This document shows, one piece after another, positions 1-8,645 of a stretch of DNA of 64,000 nt. Below the pieces are notes generated by a model that ran no database searches, was not told the DNA's origin, and saw only the letters and a list, made by a program, of their open reading frames with translations. The translations under genes were made by a program, and so were the position numbers. This DNA is from Oscillospiraceae bacterium (GTDB taxonomy: Bacteria; Bacillota; Clostridia; Oscillospirales; CAG-272), in NCBI GenBank assembly GCA_015064065.1, contig SVSY01000001.1, positions 1,460 through 65,459 on the forward strand, written 5' to 3'. Each line of letters starts with the position of its first letter. Positions within the stretch are counted from its first letter, which is position 1.

Positions 1-128
1 AGCTATATTTTATCACCTTTTCTGCGTTTTGTAAATAGGTAGCAAGTAAGCGGTCGAAATTTGCGGCTAAGAAGTTATTTTTTGCGATCAAGCGGCATAT
101 AATTTGCTCACCGCCAAAGGAGAATGAT

Positions 129-719
129 ATGAAACGTCGCCTATCTATTAAAATACGTGTGAGTTTTTTCGCGCTTCTTATGCTGGTCGCGCTGATATTG
201 AGCGGCTCGGGCATTTCGCTTGCCGCGCTTGTCGCCGCGGTTCTGCACGAGCTTGGGCATATCCTTGCCGCAAAAATGTTAAATACTCATCTCGGAGAGC
301 TGAAGCTCGGAATTTTCGGCGCGTCGTTATCCATAGACAGCGCTGTGACCTCTTACAAAAACGAGATAGCGGTAGCTATAGCAGGTCCGCTTACAAATCT
401 GCTTTGCGCTCTGCTGATATACTGCACGGTCGGTATTGAAGATCGCTTTTTTGAGGCTTTTTTCGTCTGCTCACTTTTTCTCGCTCTGCTCAATCTTTTG
501 CCGATAAGCGACCTTGACGGCGGTAGGATATTACTCTGCGCGCTCTCGCTTTTTCTACCCTGCTACACGGCAAACAAGCTGCTTCGGATATGCTCGTTTG
601 TATTCGTTTTTTCACTTTGGTGTCTGTCAGTATATCTGCTTTTGCGGCTTGGTGCTTCGCTCTCGCTTTTCGTTTTTTCGGCATCACTTTTCTGCAAAAT
701 ATTCCTCAAAAGTAATTAG
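129..719 (+). CDS. Peptidase M50 (site-2 protease family) intramembrane zinc metalloprotease, short SpoIVFB-like form
   Basis: 196-aa polytopic ORF; HELGH (HExxH) inside a hydrophobic helix plus NLLPISDLDGG (NxxPxxxLDG) motif; AAGGAG 6 nt upstream of the ATG. Confidence 0.75.
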   Translation: MKRRLSIKIRVSFFALLMLVALILSGSGISLAALVAAVLHELGHILAAKMLNTHLGELKLGIFGASLSIDSAVTSYKNEIAVAIAGPLTNLLCALLIYCTVGIEDRFFEAFFVCSLFLALLNLLPISDLDGGRILLCALSLFLPCYTANKLLRICSFVFVFSLWCLSVYLLLRLGASLSLFVFSASLFCKIFLKSN

Positions 720-762
720 TAGGATTAGCGAGGATATCAAAGCATATCAAAGGAAAAAGCAG

Positions 763-840
763 TTTTTCTAAAATTTTTCGCAGTTTTTCCCGATTTTTGC
801 CGATTTTTCAAAAATAATCACGGATTTTTGAAGTTTTTTT
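763..840 (+). promoter_or_regulatory. Phased T-tract array (curved-DNA / UP-element-like) upstream of the pot promoter
   Basis: T5-T7 runs start at 763, 774, 784, 794, 804, 825 and 834, about one helical turn apart, ending ~11 bp before the -35 hexamer. Confidence 0.5.
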
Positions 841-850
841 ACAAAAGATA

Positions 851-879
851 TTGCATTTTTATTCGATATCTGTTACAAT
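851..879 (+). promoter_or_regulatory. Sigma-A-type promoter of the pot operon
   Basis: TTGCAT (851-856), 17-nt spacer, TACAAT (874-879) with TGn extended -10. Confidence 0.55.
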
Positions 880-974
880 ATTCGCATATGGATCTGGGGC
901 GCGGATTTTTTATGTTTTTGGACGAGCCTTAACCCCTCCACACAATTATTTTTTTAAGGGAGTTTTTATGTGGA

Positions 975-2096
975 ATGAAAACAAAACTGGTAGAATTAAA
1001 AAACATTTCGAAATCTTTTGACGGTGAGACCGTACTTTCTGACGTAAGTCTCTACATCAACGACAAAGAATTCATCACTCTTCTCGGTCCTTCGGGCTGC
1101 GGAAAAACGACCACGCTTCGTATAATCGGCGGTTTCGAGACCCCCGACCAAGGCGACGTATATTTCGACGGTGCAAGGATCAACGACGTTCCCCCGCACA
1201 AGCGACACGTCAATACCGTATTCCAAAAATACGCGCTCTTCCCTCACCTTAACGTTTACGACAATATCGCTTTCGGTCTGCGTATAGCTAAGGTAAAAGA
1301 AGACGAGATAAGAGAAAGAGTGTCCGAGATGCTTGCACTCGTAAATCTTCGCGGATTTGAAAAACGAAACGTTTCTCTCCTCTCGGGCGGTCAGCAGCAG
1401 AGAGTTGCTATCGCGCGCGCACTTATAAATAAGCCGAAGGTGCTCCTGCTTGACGAGCCGCTCGGTGCACTCGATCTCAAGCTCCGCAAGGATATGCAGG
1501 TCGAGCTTAAAAATATACAGGCAAAGACAGGCATAACCTTTATCTATGTAACACACGATCAGGAAGAGGCACTCTCTATGTCCGACGTCGTTGTCGTAAT
1601 GGCTGACGGAAAGATACAACAGATCGGCACGCCTACGGATATCTACAACGAGCCCGTAAATGCGTTCGTCGCCGACTTTATCGGTGAGTCCAACATTCTT
1701 GACGGCGTTATGCTTAAAGACTACTCGGTAAAATTCGCGGGACACACCTTTGAGTGCCTTGACAGCGGATTTGAGACTAACGAGCAGGTCGACGTCGTTG
1801 TAAGACCGGAGGACGTTGACGTTGTTCCCGTTGAGCAGGGTATGCTTACGGGCAAGGTAACGTCTGTGACCTTCAAGGGTGTACACTATGAGATCATCGT
1901 CGATATCAAGGGCTTTAAGTGGATGATACAGTCAACAGACTACGTAGCTCCCGAGGCTGTTATCGGCGTTTACATCGAGCCCGACGCTATACATATTATG
2001 AAGAAATCCGAATATTCGGATATGTTTGGAGACTATTCGACCTTCTCCGATGAGATGGATCATCTCTCGGATATTATTTCCGAGGAGGAGGAATAA
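975..2096 (+). CDS. potA: Spermidine/putrescine ABC transporter ATP-binding protein
   Basis: Walker [10 protein letters not shown], signature LSGGQQQR, Walker B LLLDEP, H-loop VTHDQ; C-terminal regulatory domain; first gene of a potABCD-ordered cluster. Confidence 0.9.
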   Translation: MKTKLVELKNISKSFDGETVLSDVSLYINDKEFITLLGPSGCGKTTTLRIIGGFETPDQGDVYFDGARINDVPPHKRHVNTVFQKYALFPHLNVYDNIAFGLRIAKVKEDEIRERVSEMLALVNLRGFEKRNVSLLSGGQQQRVAIARALINKPKVLLLDEPLGALDLKLRKDMQVELKNIQAKTGITFIYVTHDQEEALSMSDVVVVMADGKIQQIGTPTDIYNEPVNAFVADFIGESNILDGVMLKDYSVKFAGHTFECLDSGFETNEQVDVVVRPEDVDVVPVEQGMLTGKVTSVTFKGVHYEIIVDIKGFKWMIQSTDYVAPEAVIGVYIEPDAIHIMKKSEYSDMFGDYSTFSDEMDHLSDIISEEEE

Positions 2097-2920
2097 TGAA
2101 AAATAAGCGTTCATGGTTTGACCGTGTGGCATCCTCGCCATACATCGTGTGGTCCGCGCTGTTTATAATCGCTCCCCTGCTCTTCGTGGCATATTTTGCG
2201 TTTACCGACCGAGACGGCGCATTTACCTTTGAAAATATCCTTTCGCTCTCGTCATATTCCGAGACCTTCATTATGTCGCTCGGCTTTTCGCTCATAGCGA
2301 CCACGGTGTGCCTGCTTATAGGGTATCCGCTTGCTTACTGTATGTCTAAAACCTCGGAAAGAACACGCAACATACTTATGGTGCTTCTGATGCTCCCTAT
2401 GTGGATAAGTCTTCTCATACGCACCTACTCGCTTATGGCTCTCCTTGACAACGGTGGACTCGTAAGTACCTTTTTGACAAGTCTCGGATTTGAAAAGCTG
2501 ACATTTATAGGAACAGATGCCGCGGTAATACTCGGTATGATATACGATTTTCTTCCGTATATGGTGCTTCCTATCTATACCGCGCTTATCAAGATAGACC
2601 GCAGATACCTCGAGGCATCTGCAGATCTCGGCTGTAACAGCCTGCAGACTATATTCAAGGTAACGCTTCCCCTCACTACCCCCGGAATAATTTCGGGCGT
2701 TACGATGGTATTCGTTCCCTCAATAAGCACCTTCTATATCTCGCAAAAGCTCGGCGGCGGTTCGTTCGACCTACTTGGAGATACTATAGAGCGTCAGTTC
2801 CAAAATCAGATCACGTATCATACGGGAGCGGCGATATCTCTGGTGATGATGATACTCATTCTCATTTCGCTCGCGATAATGAATAAGTTTTCGGATAATG
2901 AGGAGGAGATCATAGTATGA
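2096..2920 (+). CDS. potB: Spermidine/putrescine ABC transporter permease
   Basis: Polytopic permease with EAA loop EASADLGCNSLQTIFKVTLP; start overlaps the potA stop (TAATG). Confidence 0.85.
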   Translation: MKNKRSWFDRVASSPYIVWSALFIIAPLLFVAYFAFTDRDGAFTFENILSLSSYSETFIMSLGFSLIATTVCLLIGYPLAYCMSKTSERTRNILMVLLMLPMWISLLIRTYSLMALLDNGGLVSTFLTSLGFEKLTFIGTDAAVILGMIYDFLPYMVLPIYTALIKIDRRYLEASADLGCNSLQTIFKVTLPLTTPGIISGVTMVFVPSISTFYISQKLGGGSFDLLGDTIERQFQNQITYHTGAAISLVMMILILISLAIMNKFSDNEEEIIV

Positions 2921-3753
2921 AATTCCTCTCAAAAGCCTATATATTTATCATATTCGCCCTTCTTTACGCCCCGATACTCGTAGTTATACTCTTCTCGTTC
3001 AACGCATCGGGAAATCTGAGCAACTTTTCGGGATTTACGCTTTATTGGTACAAAGACCTCTTCAGAAGCGGCGAAGCTATTGAGGCACTTAAAAATTCGC
3101 TGATACTTGCGGTGTGCTCATCAGCACTTGCTACTGTCATAGGAACGCTCGCATCCTTCAGCATCGCTCATTCGAAAAACAAATATTATCAGTCGATAAT
3201 GAAGAGCGTTACAAACATTCCTATGATGAACCCCGATATCGTAACCGGTGTATCTATGATGCTGCTCTTCGTCGGTGTCGGACTTATGTTCAAGCTTGAC
3301 AACGTGCTCGGCTTCTGGACTATGCTTATCGCGCATACGACCTTCAACCTGCCTTACGTTATACTCTCCATTCTGCCCAAATTCAAGCAGATGGACAAGC
3401 ATCTTATCGAGGCGGCGCTCGATCTTGGCTGTACGCCGACCCAGACCTTCTTTAAGATAGAAGTTCCCGCGATAATGCCGGGTATAATCTCGGGACTTAT
3501 GATGAGCTTTACTCTCTCGCTTGACGACTTCGTCATCAGCCATTTTGTAAGCTCACCCGATTTCAAGACACTTCCGCTTTATATCTACAATCAGACCGCG
3601 CACGAGGTAAAGTTCAGTATGTACGCGCTCTGTACGTTGATAATCATTACTATCCTCGTTCTTCTTATTGCCGTAAACCTTGCGGGTGCTAAGAAGGACA
3701 AAGCTCCTCGGCGCAAGCCACGCAGGATAGCGAAAGGAGAGCTTGCAAAATGA
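2917..3753 (+). CDS. potC: Spermidine/putrescine ABC transporter permease
   Basis: Polytopic permease with EAA loop EAALDLGCTPTQTFFKIEVP; ATGA overlap with potB. Confidence 0.85.
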   Translation: MKFLSKAYIFIIFALLYAPILVVILFSFNASGNLSNFSGFTLYWYKDLFRSGEAIEALKNSLILAVCSSALATVIGTLASFSIAHSKNKYYQSIMKSVTNIPMMNPDIVTGVSMMLLFVGVGLMFKLDNVLGFWTMLIAHTTFNLPYVILSILPKFKQMDKHLIEAALDLGCTPTQTFFKIEVPAIMPGIISGLMMSFTLSLDDFVISHFVSSPDFKTLPLYIYNQTAHEVKFSMYALCTLIIITILVLLIAVNLAGAKKDKAPRRKPRRIAKGELAK

Positions 3754-5000
3754 AAAAGCTTATTCCTTTTATAGTTATCATCTGCACTACTCTCTTTGCC
3801 TGCCTTGCGCTCTCCTCCTGCTCCTCCGAAGAGGTCACCACGCTCTACGTTTACAACTGGGGTGAATACATCTCCGACGGGTCTGAGGATACGCTTGACA
3901 CGAATAAAGCGTTTGAAGAGTACTATTATGAAAAGACGGGAAAGAAAGTATCTGTAAACTATTCTACCTTCTCGAGCAACGAAAGTATGTACGCGAAGAT
4001 AGAAAGCGGCTCTGCTTCCTACGACGTTATCATTCCCTCCGACTATATGATACAGAGAATGGTAAATGAAAAGATGCTTGCTCCGCTTGATCTCTCCAAG
4101 ATACCGAACTATCAGTATATCGATGAAAAATTCAAGGGAGACAACGTATATTACGAGGACGATAGCGACAACGTCTACTCCGTTCCTTATTTTTACGGAA
4201 TGATAGGCATTATCTACAACACCGACATCGTCAGCGAAGAGGATGCGGCGCTTGAGAGCTGGAGTCTTATGTGGAATGAAAATTACACGCGCGATATTCT
4301 TCAGTTCAACAACAGCCGTGACGCGTTCGGCACTGCACTGTATTGGCTCGGATACGACGTAAACGAAGCCACCGAAGAGCAGTGGAAGGAAGCACGCGAC
4401 CTTCTCATCGAGCAAAAAGCACTCGTGCAGGGCTACGTTATGGACGAGATATTCAACAAGATGTCGAGCGGCTCTGCAGCTATAGCGTCGTACTACGCGG
4501 GCGACTTTATGTCGATGTACGAGGACAACGACGCTCTTGCGTTCTATTATCCCAAGGAAGGCACAAACTCCTATATTGATGCTATGTGTATTCCGAAGAG
4601 TTCAAAAAACTATGATCTCGCGCACGAGTATATCAACTTTATGTGCGAAGAGGAAATAGCTGTAGCAAACGCAGAGTACACCTATTACGCTTCCCCGCTT
4701 ACTACGGTGGTCAACAACGCGGGCTACATCGAGACTATGTCCGAGGTACACCCCGATGCTTTTGAGATACTTTACGGCGAGAAAGCAAATTCAGTAAAGT
4801 CTCAGGCATATCTCAATCTTTCTGCAGACAACCTTGTTCTTCTCAACAGTCTTTGGGAAGAGCTTAAGGTCGAAAACACGATAGGCAACGGAATATACGT
4901 CTGCTGTGCCGTGATACTCTCTACCATCGTCGTTCTGACGGTCGTTCATACGGTCAAGAAGCGCAGAAGAGCAAAGTATTACACGGAGCAGCCTAAGTAA
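3750..5000 (+). CDS. potD: Polyamine-binding lipoprotein (PotD family) with an extra C-terminal transmembrane anchor
   Basis: Lipobox LSSCSS after the signal peptide; PotD-like body (YNWGEYI, VPYFYGMIGIIYN); ATGA overlap with potC; last ~40 aa are a hydrophobic helix followed by KKRRRAKYY. Confidence 0.8.
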   Translation: MKKLIPFIVIICTTLFACLALSSCSSEEVTTLYVYNWGEYISDGSEDTLDTNKAFEEYYYEKTGKKVSVNYSTFSSNESMYAKIESGSASYDVIIPSDYMIQRMVNEKMLAPLDLSKIPNYQYIDEKFKGDNVYYEDDSDNVYSVPYFYGMIGIIYNTDIVSEEDAALESWSLMWNENYTRDILQFNNSRDAFGTALYWLGYDVNEATEEQWKEARDLLIEQKALVQGYVMDEIFNKMSSGSAAIASYYAGDFMSMYEDNDALAFYYPKEGTNSYIDAMCIPKSSKNYDLAHEYINFMCEEEIAVANAEYTYYASPLTTVVNNAGYIETMSEVHPDAFEILYGEKANSVKSQAYLNLSADNLVLLNSLWEELKVENTIGNGIYVCCAVILSTIVVLTVVHTVKKRRRAKYYTEQPK

Positions 5001-5049
5001 AGCAGACTACGATCTACGAGGTCTAACTCTAAATTTTATTGCACAAAAA

Positions 5050-5080
5050 ATAGCGGAGAAACTCCGCTATTTTTTGTTTT
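5050..5080 (+). terminator. Rho-independent terminator of the pot operon
   Basis: ATAGCGGAG / CTCCGCTAT 9-bp stem, 3-nt loop, then TTTTTGTTTT. Confidence 0.8.
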
Positions 5081-5139
5081 CCTATTGAAGAGAGTCGTTA
5101 AATATGGTAAAATATTCATATACGTCCAAAGGAGGTCAT

Positions 5140-5829
5140 ATGAAGGCATTATTTAATAAAAGAGCACTGTACATCATACTTTCCGTAGTGATATGCTCAC
5201 TCGGCATGAGTCTGATAGACGGAATAGTTCAACCGCAATATTTTATAAAATCGCTTGTCAAAATAGCGTTATTTCTGATCATACCCTCAATATACTTTTT
5301 CGTCAACAAGGACGAGCAAAAAAGCCTCAAAGAGCTTTTCAAACCTTCGCGCCGCGATCTCTTGCTTGCACTCTCGCTCGGAGCAGCTATATACGTAATA
5401 ATTCTCGGCGGATATTTTCTTTTGCGAGGCGTTATCGATTTTTCGGGTATCGCGGGCAAGCTTACGGGAGACGTCGGAGTCACAAAAGAAAATTTTCTGC
5501 TCGTCTCACTTTATATTTCCTTTGCCAATTCTCTTCTCGAGGAATTCTTCTTCCGCGGATTTGCTTTTATAACCTTAAAAAAGACCTCCTCACGAAAGTT
5601 TGCACACAGCTTCAGTGCCCTTCTCTTCTCTCTTTATCACGCGGGAATGATGATAGGCTGGTTCAATATAGGAATTGTTCTTCTCGCTCTTGTCGGTCTT
5701 TACGTCGGCGGAGTTATCTTCAACGTCCTCAACGAAAAAAGCGGCAATATATATCCCTCGTGGCTGACGCATATGTTTGCAAATTTTGCTATCAATACGA
5801 TAGGATTTATTCTTTTTGGAATGATCTGA
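5140..5829 (+). CDS. CPBP family intramembrane glutamic endopeptidase (CAAX protease-like)
   Basis: EEFFFRG (EExxxR), FSLYH and THMFANF motifs in a polytopic protein; GGAGG RBS before the ATG at 5140, so the ORF-track start at 5104 is judged too long. Confidence 0.75.
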   Translation: MKALFNKRALYIILSVVICSLGMSLIDGIVQPQYFIKSLVKIALFLIIPSIYFFVNKDEQKSLKELFKPSRRDLLLALSLGAAIYVIILGGYFLLRGVIDFSGIAGKLTGDVGVTKENFLLVSLYISFANSLLEEFFFRGFAFITLKKTSSRKFAHSFSALLFSLYHAGMMIGWFNIGIVLLALVGLYVGGVIFNVLNEKSGNIYPSWLTHMFANFAINTIGFILFGMI

Positions 5830-5846
5830 ACATAAAAGCTATATCG

Positions 5847-5886
5847 CAAAACGCCGATAGCACATTGATGCTATCGGCGTTTTTTG
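5847..5886. terminator. Bidirectional terminator between the convergent CPBP gene and tadA
   Basis: ACGCCGATAGC / GCTATCGGCGT 11-bp stem flanked by an A-run on the left and a T-run on the right. Confidence 0.75.
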
Positions 5887-5904
5887 CCTTCTTTGCTTTA
5901 TAAA

Positions 5905-6366
5905 TTATTTTTCCAACCTTCTGCGTTCAAAAAAGTCTGTCAGAAGCGTTCTACACTCATCAGCGCAAACACCGCTTGTCGTAATAAAGGAATGATTAAA
6001 GGGATATGCGTTGAAGTTTATTACGCTTTTACAGCAGCCCGCGAGCATATCGTCTGCCCCCCAGACGACTCTGTCGAGCCTTGAATTCACTATCGCGCCC
6101 GCGCACATCGGGCAGGGCTCGAGCGTTACGTAGAGCGTACAGCCGTCAAGCCTCCAACTGCCGCGAGCGCGGCAAGCCTCCTCTATCGCGAGTATCTCAG
6201 CGTGTGCCGTAGCCATCTTGTTAGTCTCGCGAAGATTATACGCTTGTCCGATAATTTCTCCGCTGCCGTTATCTACTATCAGCGCTCCTACGGGTATCTC
6301 GCAAAGCTCTGCCGCTTTTTTCGCAAGAGCTATTGCTTGCTCCATATATTTTACGTCTTTATCCAT
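5905..6366 (-). CDS. tadA: tRNA-specific adenosine deaminase
   Basis: HAEILAIEEA (HAE) and PCPMCAGA (PCxxC) zinc-deaminase motifs; 153 aa. Confidence 0.9.
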   Translation of the reverse strand: MDKDVKYMEQAIALAKKAAELCEIPVGALIVDNGSGEIIGQAYNLRETNKMATAHAEILAIEEACRARGSWRLDGCTLYVTLEPCPMCAGAIVNSRLDRVVWGADDMLAGCCKSVINFNAYPFNHSFITTSGVCADECRTLLTDFFERRRLEK

Positions 6367-6370
6367 AATA

Positions 6371-6703
6371 TCACTTTCTGTAATATACGTAGTGTGCGAC
6401 CACCGTACGCACCTTGCCGCCGCTATCGATATCCGGTCCCGTCAGCACGACACCGTCCTTGGAAAGAAGCTCCCATATCTGAAGCTCCTCGACCTTGCAT
6501 CTGAAAACAACGTTTGCCGAGGCGTAAACTATAAATTCGCCGTCGCGGATATTAAGACCGCCGTTTCGTCCGATGACCTCGTCGACCTCGCCGTCCTTTT
6601 TTTCGGTAACGTATTTTATATGCTGTCCTTCGACCGCACGCGCCATTTCCCAACGAAATTTCTTGCTGTTAGGGTCGCTTTTTTTCTTCCCGAAAAGTCC
6701 CAT
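6371..6703 (-). CDS. Hypothetical 110-aa protein with no family recognised
   Basis: GGAGG RBS lies 4 nt before the ATG at 6703, 11 nt after the GH13 stop; its stop is 4 nt before the tadA ATG; no motif I can name. Confidence 0.6.
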   Translation of the reverse strand: MGLFGKKKSDPNSKKFRWEMARAVEGQHIKYVTEKKDGEVDEVIGRNGGLNIRDGEFIVYASANVVFRCKVEELQIWELLSKDGVVLTGPDIDSGGKVRTVVAHYVYYRK

Positions 6704-6714
6704 ACTGCCTCCGA

Positions 6715-8619
6715 TCAAACTCTGCGTAATATAGAAAAGCTCAATGCGCCGACCGAGCCGCGATAAGTCTCACCGCTCACAAGGTCGCGCCATTCTCCGT
6801 CAAGCTTATAGCCTGACGAGCGTCCGCCCGCGTTGGCGATAACGCATATCTCTCCGCTGTTTGAGCGTCTTGAATATACGATAAGTCCGCCCTTTGCGTG
6901 CTTTAGCGAAAACTCACCGTCTGCAAGCACGTCGCGGTTTTGCACTCTGATCGCTCCAAGCATTCTATAGTGCGCCAAGAGCTCACCGTCTTCTCTGCCC
7001 CACGGATAAGGCCTTCTGCAGAAGGGATCGCGATAGCCCTCTACGCCCGCCTCGTCGCCGTAATACACCGACGGGACACCGTATACCGTAAACTGAAGTG
7101 CCGAGGCAAGCTTGAGCATCTCTGCCGCTTTTCTTCTTTCCTCTTCGTCAAGCTGTTTTTTCGCAAGCATACTGCCCGCATCACTGCACACAGCCGCATC
7201 CTGCTTTCCGAGCACGGTAAGTATTCGTTCGGTATCGTGCGTGCCGAGGATATTCATAAGCGAGTCGCTCACACACTTAGGATAGCTCGAATATATCGAC
7301 TTAAGCGTATCCGCGAGCGCGTTCGCATTACGTTTTATAACGAAGTCGAGCACCGCGTTCCTGAAAGGATAGTTCATAACGCTGTCAAGCTGACCGCCGC
7401 GAAGATATCTGCGCCGTTTTCCGTACGCTATCTTCGTAGCCGCGTTTTCCCACACCTCGCCGATAACTACGGCCTCGCCGCCGCTTGCCGATCTTACGCT
7501 GTCGCAAAATTCATCCAAGAATTCATCCGAAAGCTCGTCCGCAACGTCAAGCCTCCAGCCTGCGATACCCTTTTTTATATAATGAGCTCCAACGCCGTCT
7601 TTATCCGTAAAAAATCGGCGGCAGCTCTCGTTTGCGTGATCAAGTCGCGGCAATATCTTAATGCCCCACCAAGACTCAAAATCGTCTCTGTCCTTGCCAA
7701 ATCTGTACCAGTCGCGATATTTCGAGTCGGGCAAGGTATATGCCCCGTCTCCGCCGTATTCGCCGTAGCGGTCGAAATATCGGCTGTTATCTCCCGTGTG
7801 ATTAAATACGCCGTCGAGAATTATTTTTATACCGAGTTCATTTGCTTTATCGACGAGTGCATCAAACGCCGCCTCGCCACCAAACATTGCGTCGATCTCA
7901 AAATAATCACCCGTGTCGTATTTGTGATTTGAGTATGCTCTGAATATCGGGTTCAAGTACAAAACTCCCACGCCCATACTCTTGAGATACTCAAGCTTTT
8001 CGGCAACGCCCCACAGATTTCCGCCGAAGAACATATTGTTCTTAACGTCCTGACCGGGTATCTCCGCATACTGCGGCACGCCGCCGTACCAATCGTCATT
8101 CATTATGACGTCGTCCCTTTTGCCTACCTCGCCCTCGCCTATCGCAAAGCGATCGACGAATATCTGATACATCGTACTGCCCCAGAACCACTCGGGCGTT
8201 TTGAGATCTTTTTTGTGTATCAAAAGCAAGAAGCGGTTTTTCGGGTGCGCTGTAAGCAAAAAGTCCACGTTATTATGCGTGTTTGTGAAAAGCGTATCAA
8301 GTCCGCGCAAAAACAGTATCTCATAAAAAAATATACCGTCCTCTTCCTCACCGCACAAAGCCGCGGTATCGATACAAAGAGTATAGATATCGGCCACTCC
8401 GTCGGTAGAAGTAAAAGAAAACGGATAGTCACGGTCATTTTCTCCGTCCTTACATATGCGCAAGACTACCGCCGAAGCACCGAGTTTTCTCGGTGCTTCG
8501 ACAATAAATTCGGGATATTCACCGTACGCAAAGCTTCCTCTTGCCGAAACGTCGGTACCGTTTATTCTTTTTTTTAAGATCGGCGTACATTTCGCCCAAT
8601 CGGCTATTTGAACAAGCAT
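6715..8619 (-). CDS. GH13 alpha-glucan hydrolase (neopullulanase / cyclomaltodextrinase / debranching-type)
   Basis: All four GH13 regions are intact: DGVFNHTG, GWRLDVADE, IGEVWE, LGTHDTER; no signal peptide. Confidence 0.85.
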   Translation of the reverse strand: MLVQIADWAKCTPILKKRINGTDVSARGSFAYGEYPEFIVEAPRKLGASAVVLRICKDGENDRDYPFSFTSTDGVADIYTLCIDTAALCGEEEDGIFFYEILFLRGLDTLFTNTHNNVDFLLTAHPKNRFLLLIHKKDLKTPEWFWGSTMYQIFVDRFAIGEGEVGKRDDVIMNDDWYGGVPQYAEIPGQDVKNNMFFGGNLWGVAEKLEYLKSMGVGVLYLNPIFRAYSNHKYDTGDYFEIDAMFGGEAAFDALVDKANELGIKIILDGVFNHTGDNSRYFDRYGEYGGDGAYTLPDSKYRDWYRFGKDRDDFESWWGIKILPRLDHANESCRRFFTDKDGVGAHYIKKGIAGWRLDVADELSDEFLDEFCDSVRSASGGEAVVIGEVWENAATKIAYGKRRRYLRGGQLDSVMNYPFRNAVLDFVIKRNANALADTLKSIYSSYPKCVSDSLMNILGTHDTERILTVLGKQDAAVCSDAGSMLAKKQLDEEERRKAAEMLKLASALQFTVYGVPSVYYGDEAGVEGYRDPFCRRPYPWGREDGELLAHYRMLGAIRVQNRDVLADGEFSLKHAKGGLIVYSRRSNSGEICVIANAGGRSSGYKLDGEWRDLVSGETYRGSVGALSFSILRRV

Positions 8620-8645
8620 CGCTCACGGTCCATCCTGTGTTTTGA

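Noticed and set aside
968-1021. 17-codon upstream ORF (ATG at 968) overlapping the potA start and better spaced from the GGGAG RBS
   Set aside because: It is out of frame with potA and has no recognisable product. The potA N-terminus [15 protein letters not shown] is family-typical. It may affect potA translation, but the evidence is too thin to annotate.
5193-5903. 236-aa same-strand alternative-frame ORF overlapping the CPBP protease gene
   Set aside because: The translation is Arg/Ser-rich and low-complexity, and it runs through the terminator hairpin. The overlapping frame carries the CPBP catalytic motifs.
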